Positions 62,620 through 64,000 of a stretch of DNA of 64,000 nt are shown here, piece after piece. The position numbers and the translations under genes were made by a program. This DNA is from Antedon mediterranea. Lineage: Eukaryota; Animalia; Echinodermata. Under the pieces are notes generated by a model, which worked only from the letters and a program-made list of their open reading frames with translations, was not told the DNA's origin and searched no databases. Location: contig NC_092673.1 of assembly GCF_964355755.1 (NCBI RefSeq), positions 28,641,648 through 28,705,647 of the forward strand. The letters are read 5' to 3'. Each line of letters starts with the position of its first letter. The first letter of the stretch is position 1.

Positions 62620-64000
62620 TTAGTCTCCAATTCTAGGGTTGACAGGCACTCGGTTCAACTGTTCTCGGTGATCATGTGAAAAGATAAAACAAATTGAAAA
62701 TCGCATCCCTATCAGTCCACGTGAGGTTGTTTCACATGTATTTCTAAGCCCCTCTTTCCCTTTCAAAATAAATACCCATTTCCTTTAAAATATTTCTAAA
62801 TGATTCGGCTATAAATGTGGTTGTTTTGCCGCTTTTTTGACAGTATCAATTATAATTCATTTGACAACGTGCTGTTATGTCGGATGTATCGAAGCAAATA
62901 AAGTAATACTTTGCCCGCAGTGACAGTCTACATTCTGATACTATTTCTCTACTAACATTGTCACGCATATTATACATGTCATGCCATTTAAATTTGCTTG
63001 GGAAAATACATCAGGAATTATTAAGCATTACGGTAATAAATTTAGCTAATTAAAATGACACATCTAAAAACTTGATCTTATACTTGGACGCAGCGCAAGA
63101 AAACAAGCACAACGCGAGTGATTTGACCAATTACGACGCAATATCTGAACTGTCATTGGTCAACGTACTTGCGCTGCGCGTACGCCTTGGTGCTAAGTCT
63201 AAATGGAAACCAATCAACCAAGCTTTGAGAAAATTAAGCATTCTATTGTGAGGTATAGCAATGCAATGGACAAGATACTCAAATGATAAAAAATACACAA
63301 TACTTTGTACAAATAAGTAGTTAGTTTTATTGATTACAAAAAAAGGTCATTTCAGAGTTTTTAAAATGCTATTTTAGAAGATAATGTTTACAAAATGGTA
63401 ATTGGTGGGTTTAATGCTGGTTATTCATTCTTTTTTCAACTTCTTTATAAAAATATCAATGACGTACCAAGTGCAGCATATGATTGGTGTAAAGCTCTTG
63501 TCTACACTATCAAACTTTATGTGCCCATATATGGGCATGATGATGTCATATCACTACCATGTTTGGGCATATCGCTACCATATATGGCCACATCACACCT
63601 TTAGTCAAACTAGTTTGATAGTGTAGACAGAGCAGTAATGAAGTAGTTATAACAAAAAATTTGGTTGGGGTTTTTTTTTTTAATTTTCTATCTTCGTTTT
63701 TTACTAATGCAAGGCTAACTGTACTATTATAGAGAATATTGGTAACTTTTTAAGCACATTCTCCTGCGATATTTGTTAGTAAAGCACAAATAAAGTTGTT
63801 ACATAAAAATGTCGTTCAATATTTATGGTTGCTGGCTAATTGGTAATAAAAAATCTACAATATTTATGTTTTTTTTACAATTCAACATCTGATATCCTGT
63901 AACCTTGGTACTCTGACTTAACAATGCTATCAATTACAAACATTTTATTTGTTGCAAACAAATAAAATTGTAAAAATAATGCACGTTTGTGGCGTCAACA

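Overview
AT-rich eukaryotic (animal) genomic DNA with GT-AG introns. The lineage is probably a marine invertebrate deuterostome such as an echinoderm; this is inferred from gene similarity and repeat types and is not proven. Five genes were assembled by hand from splice sites and reading-frame phase: (1) the 5' end of centriolin (CNTRL, minus strand, runs off the left edge); (2) HDHD3 (plus), head-to-head with CNTRL; (3) a stomatin/band-7 gene (minus, about 7.7-33.5 kb); (4) ODF2/cenexin (plus, 16 coding exons, 836 aa), head-to-head with stomatin; (5) an unidentified coiled-coil, Ser/Pro-rich gene (plus, about 48.8-56.2 kb). The most striking structure is in the stomatin gene. Four paralogous, phase-1 first coding exons, each with its own ATG and promoter-like sequence and all ending in [I/V]-I-G-G|gt, lie in tandem upstream of eight constant exons, a 'variable first exon + constant region' layout. 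Other highlights are ultra-short CATGG...CCATG palindromes with 7-bp target duplications (probable P/Galileo-type excision footprints), tandemly duplicated 5' splice sites in two genes, a minisatellite amplified from a SINE core, four genes whose human orthologues all lie on 9q32-q34, and about 24 copies of one palindromic MITE with a very uneven distribution. All homology calls come from recalled sequences and motifs; no searches were run.
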